Source of the DNA: Armatimonadota bacterium
Lineage (GTDB): Bacteria; Armatimonadota; Zipacnadia; Zipacnadales; JABUFB01
Assembly: GCA_013314775.1 (NCBI GenBank)
Contig: JABUFB010000003.1
Span: 106,622-170,621, forward strand
Direction: 5' to 3'
Length of the DNA stretch: 64,000 nt
Shown: one piece after another, positions 1 through 7,389 of the stretch
Layout: each line of letters begins with the position of its first letter
Position numbering within the stretch: the stretch's first letter is position 1
Notes under the pieces: model-generated
Databases searched by the model: none
Seen by the model: the letters and a program-made list of their open reading frames with translations, nothing else
What the model was told of the DNA's origin: nothing
Made by a program: the position numbers and the translations under genes

Positions 1-337
1 TTGTCGTCCACATGCATGAACCCGCCACGGGTGAGGTAGCGCCGAAGATTTGCCCGCTCCGGTTCGGTGAAACGGATCTGCCCGTGGCCGGTGACGAAAA
101 GGGCAGCGTAATCGAAGATGCGGTCGGATCCCGGCTCAACCGTGCCGGGGCTAGGCGCGATCCGGATGGTGGTGCGCTGGTTCACGGCACGAATCAGATT
201 GGGCAGGCCAGTGGGGTTCGCATACCAGTCACCGCCGCCCCCGTACTTCAAGCGGGCAACCTGAAGCTCCCCCGGCGCGGCTGCGAGGAGCGTCGTGAGC
301 GCGAGGAGGAAGATGGTTGTGAATGAGCGTGTCATGA
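1..337 (-). CDS. DUF4159-like secreted protein, N-terminal part only (C-terminus lies beyond the window start)
   Basis: Reverse-strand ATG at 335-337; translation MTRSFTTIFLLALTTLLAAAPGELQVARLKYGGGGDWYANPTGLPNLI... has a signal-peptide-like N-terminus and a KYGGGGDWYANP motif recalled from DUF4159 proteins. Not in the ORF track because the stop is outside the window. Confidence 0.45.
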
Positions 338-690
338 TGTGATCCAAGAGCGATTTCAGTCAACCTGGCACGGATCGGGTAGAGGCACCCGTTCCGGGTA
401 CCGCACGGGATCGGATGTAAATCCCCCAGTTGGTGATCGCCAACGTCGTCGGGGGCAAGCCCGCCCTGTAAGTCCGCCGGTTGTCCGTGGCGCTTGAGCA
501 TCCCCGTGCACGTGTGCCGGCTCTTTGCAGGCGACCAACAGCAGGGGAAGGCTCTGCGTCCGACGGGATTACTCTTCTCTACGGGCGGAGGGCTCCCCTG
601 CCGCACGAAGGCCGCCGGAATGCAACAGGGAGCCCGCGCCTGTCTCGGCGGAGCTCCCTGGAGATCCTTCCGCGTCTGGGGCGTTGCGGC

Positions 691-1650
691 TTACTGCATC
701 GCGCCGCCGCCGCCACAACCGCCAGCGGCACCCGCGCCACAACCCCTGGCAGCACCGGCTCCGCAGGGCTTGCCCGCGCAGCCAGGTCCGCCCTTGCAAT
801 CAGCGGCGCAACCGACGCCGGCCTTGCCAGGGCACTTGCAGGCGCCACCCTCAGCACAGCACGGGCACTTGCAGTCGGGGCCGCAGGTGCACTCGCCGCC
901 CACACAGCACTTGCAGCCCTTGGCGGCACACTCCGGGCATGTGCAAGACGCGCCCGCCATCGCCGCGACGCCGGCCTTGCCAGGGCACTTGCAGGCGCCA
1001 CCCTCAGCGCAGCACGGGCACTTGCAGTCGGGGCCGCAGGTGCACTCGCCGCCCACACAGCACTTGCAGCCCTCGGCACACTCCGGGCATGTGCAAGACG
1101 CGCCCGCCATCGCCGGGCAACCGGGACAGGCTGATGCCGCAGCCTCCGAGATGAACTTCGACAGCGCCTGGTGCTTGGCGATCATGTCCTGATTGAGCGT
1201 CCACAGCTCTTTCTGCTTGGCCTGCACGGCTGCGGCATCGACTTTGTCGGCGCCCAGGAGCCGGAACATATCCCACATCGCCCGGTGACGCTTGACCTGC
1301 AGTCGCTCCAGGTCCTTCCACAACTTCTGCGACTCGGGATTGACCTGGACCGGGCCGGCAACCATCATGCCCATTCCCATGCCCCGGCCACGTCCCTGAC
1401 CCATGCCCTTGCCACCCATGGGGCAGCCCTGCGTGGCGGCCATGCCACAGCCGGCACCCGCGCCCGCCCCCTGGGCCATCATGCCACACCCGGCTCCCTG
1501 CTGGCCGTGGGGGCCTTTGCCATCCTTGAGCATCTTCGGCTTGCCGTCACACGAGCCGCAATCGGCCGTGGCTGCCGTCTGTGCCAGAACCAGCGCCAGA
1601 ACGACAGTGATGAGTCCCAGCACGAACACGTACCTCTTCATACCACGCAC
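691..1650 (-). CDS. secreted Cys-rich metal-binding protein: signal peptide, Met/Gly-rich segment, CpxP/Spy/ZraP-like (LTXXQ-type) helical domain, two tandem metallothionein-like Cys repeats
   Basis: ORF track 691..1650 (-). N-terminus MKRYVFVLGLITVVLALVLAQTAATA; GMGQGRGRGMGMGMM tract; ELWTLNQ motif; two ~50-aa repeats CTCPECAEGCKCCVGGECTCGPDCKCPCCAEGGACKCPGKAG. Overlapping plus-strand ORFs are Pro/Arg-rich antisense shadows. Confidence 0.7.
   Translation of the reverse strand: MRGMKRYVFVLGLITVVLALVLAQTAATADCGSCDGKPKMLKDGKGPHGQQGAGCGMMAQGAGAGAGCGMAATQGCPMGGKGMGQGRGRGMGMGMMVAGPVQVNPESQKLWKDLERLQVKRHRAMWDMFRLLGADKVDAAAVQAKQKELWTLNQDMIAKHQALSKFISEAAASACPGCPAMAGASCTCPECAEGCKCCVGGECTCGPDCKCPCCAEGGACKCPGKAGVAAMAGASCTCPECAAKGCKCCVGGECTCGPDCKCPCCAEGGACKCPGKAGVGCAADCKGGPGCAGKPCGAGAARGCGAGAAGGCGGGGAMQ
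813..1114. repeat. two tandem copies of a ~153-bp unit inside the Cys-rich gene
   Basis: Near-identical DNA blocks starting at 813 and 966 (cgacgccggccttgccagggcacttgcagg...), encoding the duplicated Cys-rich module. Confidence 0.8.
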
Positions 1651-1745
1651 CTCCGGTGTTTGTTGAGCGCGAGCTCTATTTCCTATCTAACATGTAGACA
1701 GTTGCACATGTTCCCGGCACCTGCTAACAGGTGACCCGAAAGTGC

Positions 1746-1773
1746 GGCGCCCCGTGACAGACCACGGGGCGCC
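1746..1773 (-). terminator. putative stem-loop terminator downstream of the aldo/keto reductase gene
   Basis: Perfect 11-bp inverted repeat ggcgccccgtg / cacggggcgcc with a 6-nt loop, about 20 nt past the stop at 1796; no strong U-tract, so it may instead be an operator or processing site. Confidence 0.4.
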
Positions 1774-1795
1774 GTCACTACACCGCATAACCCAT

Positions 1796-2965
1796 TTATT
1801 CTTCGCCAAGTTCCGCTTTGTACGCATTTGACATTTCCACGAGCTTCTCCATACGCTCGGGGATAGGCAGGTTCTGCGGGCACTTCTCGACACAGACGCC
1901 ACAGGCGATGCACTTCGAGGGGTCCATGCGTTCGCTGCCCACCATCTTCGCCACCATCTTGCGGGCGCTGGGGACCTCGAACACAGCCGCAAGCTGGTAC
2001 ATGGGCATCATCATCCATACAGGCAAGTGCTCGGGGCAAGCGCCGGCGCAGTACCGGCAGCCGGTGCAGAGCGGCTCGCCTTTGGTGAAATCGCGGAAGG
2101 CCTGAATGAAGCGCTCGCGTTGCGCGGGGGTCATCGGGTCTTCGAGACTCGCCACGCGGGCGTTCTGGTCCATGTGCTCGATCTCATTCATGCCGGAGAT
2201 GAGCGTGGTGACGCCGGGGTTGCCCAGGAGGAAACGGATGGCGATCTCCTGCACAGGAAGGCCGGCGAATTCGGGCAGAGCGCGCTCGAATGCCGGAGAC
2301 TCACCCACAAGCAGCCCGCCGCGCAACGGGCCCATGATGCAGACGCCCACTCCGTGCTCATGGGCGTAATCGATGACCTTCTCGGGTGCGGTGTCGGTGA
2401 AGTTGTAATAGACGGTGATGAACTTGAAGTCGGGCACCTGGGCGAGCCACTCGATGACTTGATCACCGATGGGGTTGTGGGTGGTGAAGCCCAGGTGCTT
2501 CACGAGGCCCTGTTCTTTGGCTTCGCGCATGGCGGCCAGAGGGGTGTCCGCGCCGATGCAGGCAGTCTCGAAATGATCCGGCGCGCTCATGTCCCAGAGC
2601 TGGTAGAAGTCGAAGTATTCCACCCCCGCGCGCTTGAGAGAGTTTTCGATGCACTGCCACATCTGGTCCCGAGTGCTGATTCCCAGGCTACGCTCCACCT
2701 TGGGCTCGCCTGCCCGGGGCTGGGCCTTGCTGGAGAGCACCATAGTCTCGCGGGGCACTCCGGCGATGGCTTTGCCCACCCAGGACTCCGCATTGTCGTC
2801 GAATTCCTTGTACGAGTACGCCGGGCCGATGTCGAAGTAGTTCATGCCCAGGGACAGGCCGTGGTGGATCATCTCCGCCGCGTTTTCGGGACCCTTGTAG
2901 CGCATGGTCCCATGTCCGAGTGTTGAGATCATGATGCCCGTGTCGCCGACTTCACGGTACTGCAA
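1796..2965 (-). CDS. aldo/keto reductase fused to a C-terminal 2x[4Fe-4S] ferredoxin-like domain
   Basis: ORF track 1796..2965 (-). N-terminal AKR-type sequence MQYREVGDTGIMISTLGHGTMRY...; C-terminus has two Cys clusters CTGCRYCAGACP and CIACGVCVEKCP. Confidence 0.85.
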   Translation of the reverse strand: MQYREVGDTGIMISTLGHGTMRYKGPENAAEMIHHGLSLGMNYFDIGPAYSYKEFDDNAESWVGKAIAGVPRETMVLSSKAQPRAGEPKVERSLGISTRDQMWQCIENSLKRAGVEYFDFYQLWDMSAPDHFETACIGADTPLAAMREAKEQGLVKHLGFTTHNPIGDQVIEWLAQVPDFKFITVYYNFTDTAPEKVIDYAHEHGVGVCIMGPLRGGLLVGESPAFERALPEFAGLPVQEIAIRFLLGNPGVTTLISGMNEIEHMDQNARVASLEDPMTPAQRERFIQAFRDFTKGEPLCTGCRYCAGACPEHLPVWMMMPMYQLAAVFEVPSARKMVAKMVGSERMDPSKCIACGVCVEKCPQNLPIPERMEKLVEMSNAYKAELGEE

Positions 2966-3079
2966 GATGAACGCCTCCAGTCGAAGAGTGAGCCCGCCTC
3001 CAGAGCGTACGCCCGGACAGCGGGCCCGCCGGATCTGCCAAGCGGCTCACCGCCGCGGACGGGCCGGGATGACCCGGTA

Positions 3080-3108
3080 AGCTTAGGCCAACACGAAGGC
3101 GGCGTCAA
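3080..3108 (-). promoter_or_regulatory. sigma70-like promoter (TTGACG-17-TAAGCT) inside conserved element copy C, directed at the reductase gene
   Basis: Reverse strand reads ttgacg ccgccttcgtgttggcc taagct; -35 at 3103-3108, -10 at 3080-3085. The -10 is weak. Confidence 0.35.
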
Positions 3109-3304
3109 CCACGAGGAAGTTGGGGGGGCGTTCACCGAAAGCAAGTCGGTTCAGTCGAGCCGGGCCTGATGTCCTTCCTCGGGTGCACCGGTCAACGAAA
3201 AGAGACGCCGTCGTTACCTCAAAGCGCGCGAAGCAGGCCGCACAACCGCCCGGCTTCCTCATCCTTTCTGTCGCGGCCTTCGCGAGGTGTGAGGCAAAAG
3301 GCCC
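3080..3304 (-). repeat. conserved promoter-proximal element, copy C
   Basis: Reverse strand carries gggccttttgcctcacacctcgcgaaggccgcgacagaaaggATGAGGAAGCCGGGCGGTTGTG..., matching the cores of copies A (9995-10310) and B (48262-48562). Confidence 0.6.
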
Positions 3305-3654
3305 GTTAGCGAGTCTCCAGCACGTTCGGGCCGGCGATAGATGAGGCGCGGATGCCTGCCAAAGCGAAAGACCCCAGGTTGGAGGTGTCACAAATCGGTG
3401 GGTCGGTTCTGGGCTCAGGGCCCTGAAAGGGAGGATGCACGATGTGAATAAACTTGTTACAGATTTTTCAATGGAGAGGGAACCTTCCCACAGGATTCCA
3501 CGTCTATATTGATAGTACGAGAGGCGGGGCTCACCCCGATAAGGGGCTACACGCCACAACAAAGGAAGGCCACTCCCTCCCTCCTTCCCGAGCCGATGAC
3601 GCTGAGCCCCGCCTGTCCTAATGACCCTGACGCCAGAGCAAGAGGAAGGGGACT

Positions 3655-3972
3655 GTGATGATCAGGCTTCTACTGCTCTTTGCAATCTTGGCGATCTTTT
3701 CAGCCGCCGTGCCGGCATTTGCTCAGGCCGGAACCATGCGCAGTTATGTGGTCATCCCGATGAACCACATCAGTCCCGCGCTTATTGCCCAGATCATGGG
3801 TGGCGAGGTTATCTACGACCTCGGTCCTGGCGGCGGTGGCGGCAACATGGGCGGCTACGGTGGAATTGGCCCCGGCATGTACGGCGGATACGGCTATGGT
3901 GCAGGTTATGGGGGTTACCGTCCGGGGCAAGATGCAGGTTTCGGAACGCCGCCTGGCAGACGCAACTGGTAA
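3655..3972 (+). CDS. small secreted Gly/Tyr-rich protein
   Basis: ORF track 3655..3972. Signal peptide MMIRLLLLFAILAIFSAAVPAFA; C-terminal GGYGGIGPGMYGGYGYGAGYGGY tract; RBS-like GGAAGGGG upstream; AT-richer region 3430-3560 upstream. Confidence 0.5.
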   Translation: MMIRLLLLFAILAIFSAAVPAFAQAGTMRSYVVIPMNHISPALIAQIMGGEVIYDLGPGGGGGNMGGYGGIGPGMYGGYGYGAGYGGYRPGQDAGFGTPPGRRNW

Positions 3973-4039
3973 AACCTTCTCATGGCTACCCTCCCTCCCT
4001 AAGTCGCAGCCATGTGACACAGCAGCACAGCTGGGCGAG

Positions 4040-4080
4040 CCCGCCCGGTCCCTGCCCAAGGACCGGGCGGGTCCGCTTCT
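4040..4080 (+). terminator. putative intrinsic terminator after the small secreted protein gene
   Basis: 12-bp perfect stem cccgcccggtcc / ggaccgggcggg with 8-nt loop, followed by tccgcttct. Confidence 0.45.
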
Positions 4081-4154
4081 GCATGCAGGTAGATTGGGCT
4101 GTCTGGAGGAAAAGGATCAGGTCGTTCCAACAGCCGGGCAGGAGGCGCACCGAC

Positions 4155-5195
4155 ATGGCCATGACTGTGGGCGTCTGGGGCGTTGACCACCCCCATGGGG
4201 GCGGACACCTGAAGGCCCTCGAAAGCACCCCCGCCGTGGAGCGCCTGCTGTTCTTCGATGCCGACGACGCCAAAGCCCGGGCAGCCTGCGCGAACAGCGC
4301 GAAGGGTTTCATGGTGGACTCGCCTGACGCGCTGCTTGAACCCGGCGCGGTGGATGCGCTGGTGGTGCTCCTGACCGACCGCGAGGCCGGGCCGGCCACC
4401 TTGCGGGCGGTGGAGGCGGGCGTCTATGTCTATGGGGACAAGCCCGGAGCGCGCACTGCGGCGGAAATGGCCCGGATCGTCGAAGCCTGCAACCGCACTG
4501 GCGCCGCCTACTGCCCCTGCTACCCCTACCGCGTAGACCCAGTGGTGGTCGAGATCGGGCGGCTGATCGACGGGGGCGTGCTGGGCGATATCTGGTCTTT
4601 CGGCGCGCTGTGGCTCACGTCGCAAGTTGCATTGCGCGGGCCATCGTCCTGGCTTTTCCATCGGGAAACCGCAGCCGCGGGCATCCTGTCGTGGCTTGGT
4701 TGCCACTGGATCGACCTGATCTTCCACCTGCTTGGCCCTGGGCGCTCCGTCATGGCGCGCATCGCGACCCTCTCCGGCGAAAAGATCGATGTGGAAGACA
4801 CGGCGGTTGTAACCCTCGAGCTGCAGTCTGGGGCAATCGGCTGCCTGCGTGCGGGGTACGCGCACAAGCCTTTCCTGGGCTACGACGACAGTGACCTGTC
4901 AGTGAGTTTTGAGGGCAGTCTCGGGTCGCTCTACTGGCCGGTGAAGGGCGAGAACGGCTACCGGCTGCGCACCGGGCACCCGGACTACGACGGCCTTGCG
5001 CGGCGTTGGGTGCGGTTCGAGCGCACCAGCGACCCGCAGAGCCCCGGGTATTCTTACGCCTTCCTCAACGCGTTCCTCGAAGCCGCGTGCAAGCGCACCG
5101 CGCCGCCTGCTACCGCCCTGGATGCCCTGCGGGTACTGCAGGTGGTGGAGGCAGCCCGGCGGTCGTCGGACGAGGGCGTGCGGGTGGAACTCTGA
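4155..5195 (+). CDS. Gfo/Idh/MocA-family NAD(P)-dependent oxidoreductase
   Basis: Same frame as ORF 3621..5195 but start moved to ATG 4155 (RBS AGGAGG at 4138-4143); the upstream 178 codons are Arg/Trp-rich junk. MAMTVGVWGVDHPHGG... and GVYVYGDKPGA (EKP-type motif). Confidence 0.8.
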   Translation: MAMTVGVWGVDHPHGGGHLKALESTPAVERLLFFDADDAKARAACANSAKGFMVDSPDALLEPGAVDALVVLLTDREAGPATLRAVEAGVYVYGDKPGARTAAEMARIVEACNRTGAAYCPCYPYRVDPVVVEIGRLIDGGVLGDIWSFGALWLTSQVALRGPSSWLFHRETAAAGILSWLGCHWIDLIFHLLGPGRSVMARIATLSGEKIDVEDTAVVTLELQSGAIGCLRAGYAHKPFLGYDDSDLSVSFEGSLGSLYWPVKGENGYRLRTGHPDYDGLARRWVRFERTSDPQSPGYSYAFLNAFLEAACKRTAPPATALDALRVLQVVEAARRSSDEGVRVEL

Positions 5196-5459
5196 GCGGG
5201 CCAGGGCAGACGCGGAAAGGCCTCCATTCATGGTCGTCGGGTTCCCGGACCCGTTTGGCGTGCTTTACGGCCAGCTATGGTGCAACCTCGCCAGAAACCA
5301 CAGAACACGGCAATGCACTCGGCCGCAGTCAAGACACCTGCGCCACGCGCTTCAGCCCAGGGGCCGGCGCATACTCCCCCTTTGCCCTTGCGATTGGCCT
5401 GCCCCACTGGTATCATGGGCCGGTAAGATTGACACTCTCTGACAGGGAGCATCAGGATT

Positions 5460-6302
5460 GTGGCTGACAGACCACGGGTTGCGCTGATCCAGTTCCCCGG
5501 CTCAAACTGCGAGTGGGAAACCGTGCGGGCGGCCGAAGCCGGCGGCCTCGCTTGCGATGTATTCCGCTGGAATCGGGATGCCGCCTTGCTTGCCGAGTAT
5601 GACGGCTACATCATCGGCGGCGGGTTCTCTTATCAGGACCGGGTCCGCAGCGGCGCCATTGCCGCGAAGGAACCCATTGTCAATCGGGTTTTCCTCGAGG
5701 TCATGGATAAGGGCAAGCCCTGCCTGGGCATCTGTAATGGCGCGCAGGTGCTGGTGGAAGCGGGGATGATCCCCGGCATCACGCCGGGGGATGTGGAGAT
5801 GGCGCTGGCGCCGAACTTCCACGATCCGTCGGGCCGGATCGCTGGATTCTGCTGCCGGTGGGTATACCTGCGGCATTCCAGCGGTACGTGCAAGCTGACA
5901 TCCCGGATGCCCAGGGGGCAGGTCTGGCCGGTGCCCATTGCCCACGGTGAGGGGCGGTTCACCACGCGCATCGAGGGTCTGCTGGAGAAGCTGCGGGAGA
6001 ACGATCAGATCGTCTTCCAGTATTGCGATGCTGAAGGGGCACTGGATGAGAGCCGCGCTGTGAACCCCAACGGTGCGCTAGCCAATATCGCCGGCCTGTG
6101 CAACCCTGAGGGCAACGTCCTCGCGCTCATGCCTCACCCCGAGCGCGCCAGCTTCTTGCGACAGGTGCCGGGCGAATTGGGAGGGGAATGGGCCGCGGCG
6201 AAGAACCGGGCCTGGGGTAATGCGGCGGCGGCGGAAGCACCGGGCCCGGGTCTTGCAGTGTTCGAATCCATGCGCGACCTGCTTGCGGCGGTTCCTGCCT
6301 GA
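5460..6302 (+). CDS. purQ: phosphoribosylformylglycinamidine synthase glutaminase subunit PurQ, with ~50-aa C-terminal extension
   Basis: ORF track 5460..6302 (GTG start). Motifs LIQFPGSNCE, GGFSYQD, GICNGAQ, HGEGRF, MPHPER. Confidence 0.85.
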   Translation: MADRPRVALIQFPGSNCEWETVRAAEAGGLACDVFRWNRDAALLAEYDGYIIGGGFSYQDRVRSGAIAAKEPIVNRVFLEVMDKGKPCLGICNGAQVLVEAGMIPGITPGDVEMALAPNFHDPSGRIAGFCCRWVYLRHSSGTCKLTSRMPRGQVWPVPIAHGEGRFTTRIEGLLEKLRENDQIVFQYCDAEGALDESRAVNPNGALANIAGLCNPEGNVLALMPHPERASFLRQVPGELGGEWAAAKNRAWGNAAAAEAPGPGLAVFESMRDLLAAVPA

Positions 6303-6339
6303 CGCGGCGCGTTCACACCCAAGACGAGGTTTTCCCACC

Positions 6340-6864
6340 ATGGAGCATGTGGAGTTGCTGGTCAGGCTGAAGATCCCGGATGTCACTGCGCTCACGGCTG
6401 CCGGCGCATTACGACGGCGCATGGGCTACGGGGAGACGCTCAAGAGTTTGAAGCGCGCGGACTACTACAGGTTCGAAGTGGATGCGCCGGATGCCCAGTC
6501 GGCCATCGCGCTGGTGTCGGAAATCGCCGAGAAGACCAACCTGTTTGTGAACCCGAACAAGCATGTGTTCGAAGTGCGCGCGGGCGAACATGAGGCGGGG
6601 CAGTCCGCGGGCGCACAAGTGGCGCACGTGCTTGTGACCGACCCCGGTGACGGTTCGGCGGAGGGGGCGCTCGCGGCGCTGTCGGGACGGCTCGGATATG
6701 GCGACCGGGTGCGCGGGCTGCTCAAAGGGGTTCTGTGGACCCTGGAACTGGACGCGCCAGATGCCCAGGCAGCGCGAAAGATGGCGGAGGAGATTGCGAT
6801 TACCCGTCGCCGCGACCGGGGCCTTCTGATGAACCCGCATTTTCAGGAGTGCGAGGTCTGGTAG
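6340..6864 (+). CDS. purS: PurS-like protein with two tandem PurS domains
   Basis: In frame with ORF 6220..6864; start set at ATG 6340. Two ~80-aa halves (MEHVELLVRLKIPDVTALTAAGALRRRMGYGE... and AHVLVTDPGDGSAEGALAALSGRLGYGDRV...) each resemble PurS. Confidence 0.65.
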   Translation: MEHVELLVRLKIPDVTALTAAGALRRRMGYGETLKSLKRADYYRFEVDAPDAQSAIALVSEIAEKTNLFVNPNKHVFEVRAGEHEAGQSAGAQVAHVLVTDPGDGSAEGALAALSGRLGYGDRVRGLLKGVLWTLELDAPDAQAARKMAEEIAITRRRDRGLLMNPHFQECEVW

Positions 6865-7043
6865 CTAGGGAGACGGGCAGAGCTGTTGAGGGCGCAGCCC
6901 TGCTGATAGTGGGGCTGCGCCTGTCGCTTTCTGGGAGGAGTGACGGCGGCCTAACCCCCCTCGGTCTCCATCTCCTTCGCGGCGACGGCAGCCGGTCCCG
7001 GGCGTGACACCCGCGTACGCCTTTGCGTCCACAGGACGCGTGG

Positions 7044-7290
7044 CCGAAGGCCCCCAGCCCCGTGCTTCAGCGCGGGGCCAAAGGGCCAGCGCGACACCCG
7101 CGCTGTTTTCTCGTCCGAAGGCCCCCAGCCCCGTGCTTCAGCGCGGGGCCAAAGGGCCAGCGCGACACCCGCGCTGTTTTCTCGTCCGAAGGCCCCCAGC
7201 CCCGTGTTCAGCGCGGGGCCAAGGGGCCAGCGCGACACCCGCGCTCATTTCTCGTCCGAAGGCCCCCAGCCCCGTGCTTCAGCGCGGGAC
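7044..7290. repeat. tandem array of ~3.5 copies of a 71-bp hairpin-forming unit
   Basis: Unit ccgaaggcccccagccccgtgcttcagcgcggggccaaagggccagcgcgacacccgcgctgttttctcgt starts at 7044, 7115, 7186, 7256. Contains hairpin ccccgtgc-ttca-gcgcgggg. Confidence 0.85.
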
Positions 7291-7389
7291 GGCAAAGCTA
7301 TCAGCACGGGAGCCGAAGTTCCTCAAGCACTCCGTGCGTCATCCCGAAGTAACAGACACGGAAACCTTCCGAGAAGGTGGAGGCGCAAC

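Noticed and set aside
481-1192. Plus-strand ORFs 481..1134, 494..1192 and 525..1154 (Pro/Arg/Ala-rich)
   Set aside because: Antisense shadows of the minus-strand Cys-rich gene in GC-rich repeat DNA; no RBS and low-complexity translations.
1651-1795. Sigma54 promoter upstream of the Cys-rich gene
   Set aside because: The GG-to-GC spacing in ggtgccgggaacatgtgcaa is 7-8 nt, not the 10 nt needed for a -24/-12 element.
3621-4154. Long N-terminal extension of the Gfo/Idh/MocA ORF (start 3621)
   Set aside because: Arg/Trp-rich junk overlapping the small secreted protein gene; a good RBS and Rossmann-type N-terminus begin at 4155.
5196-5459. Purine or ZTP riboswitch upstream of purQ
   Set aside because: No match to conserved aptamer blocks by eye; only a weak promoter-like TTGCGA-17-TATCAT.
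7044-7290. CRISPR array
   Set aside because: The 71-bp units are contiguous with no unique spacers, and no cas genes are present; same for the arrays at 29731 and 39335.
7204-7389. ORF-track start of the glycoside hydrolase at 7204
   Set aside because: Those codons lie in the tandem 71-bp repeat; a signal-peptide N-terminus with RBS begins at GTG 7390.
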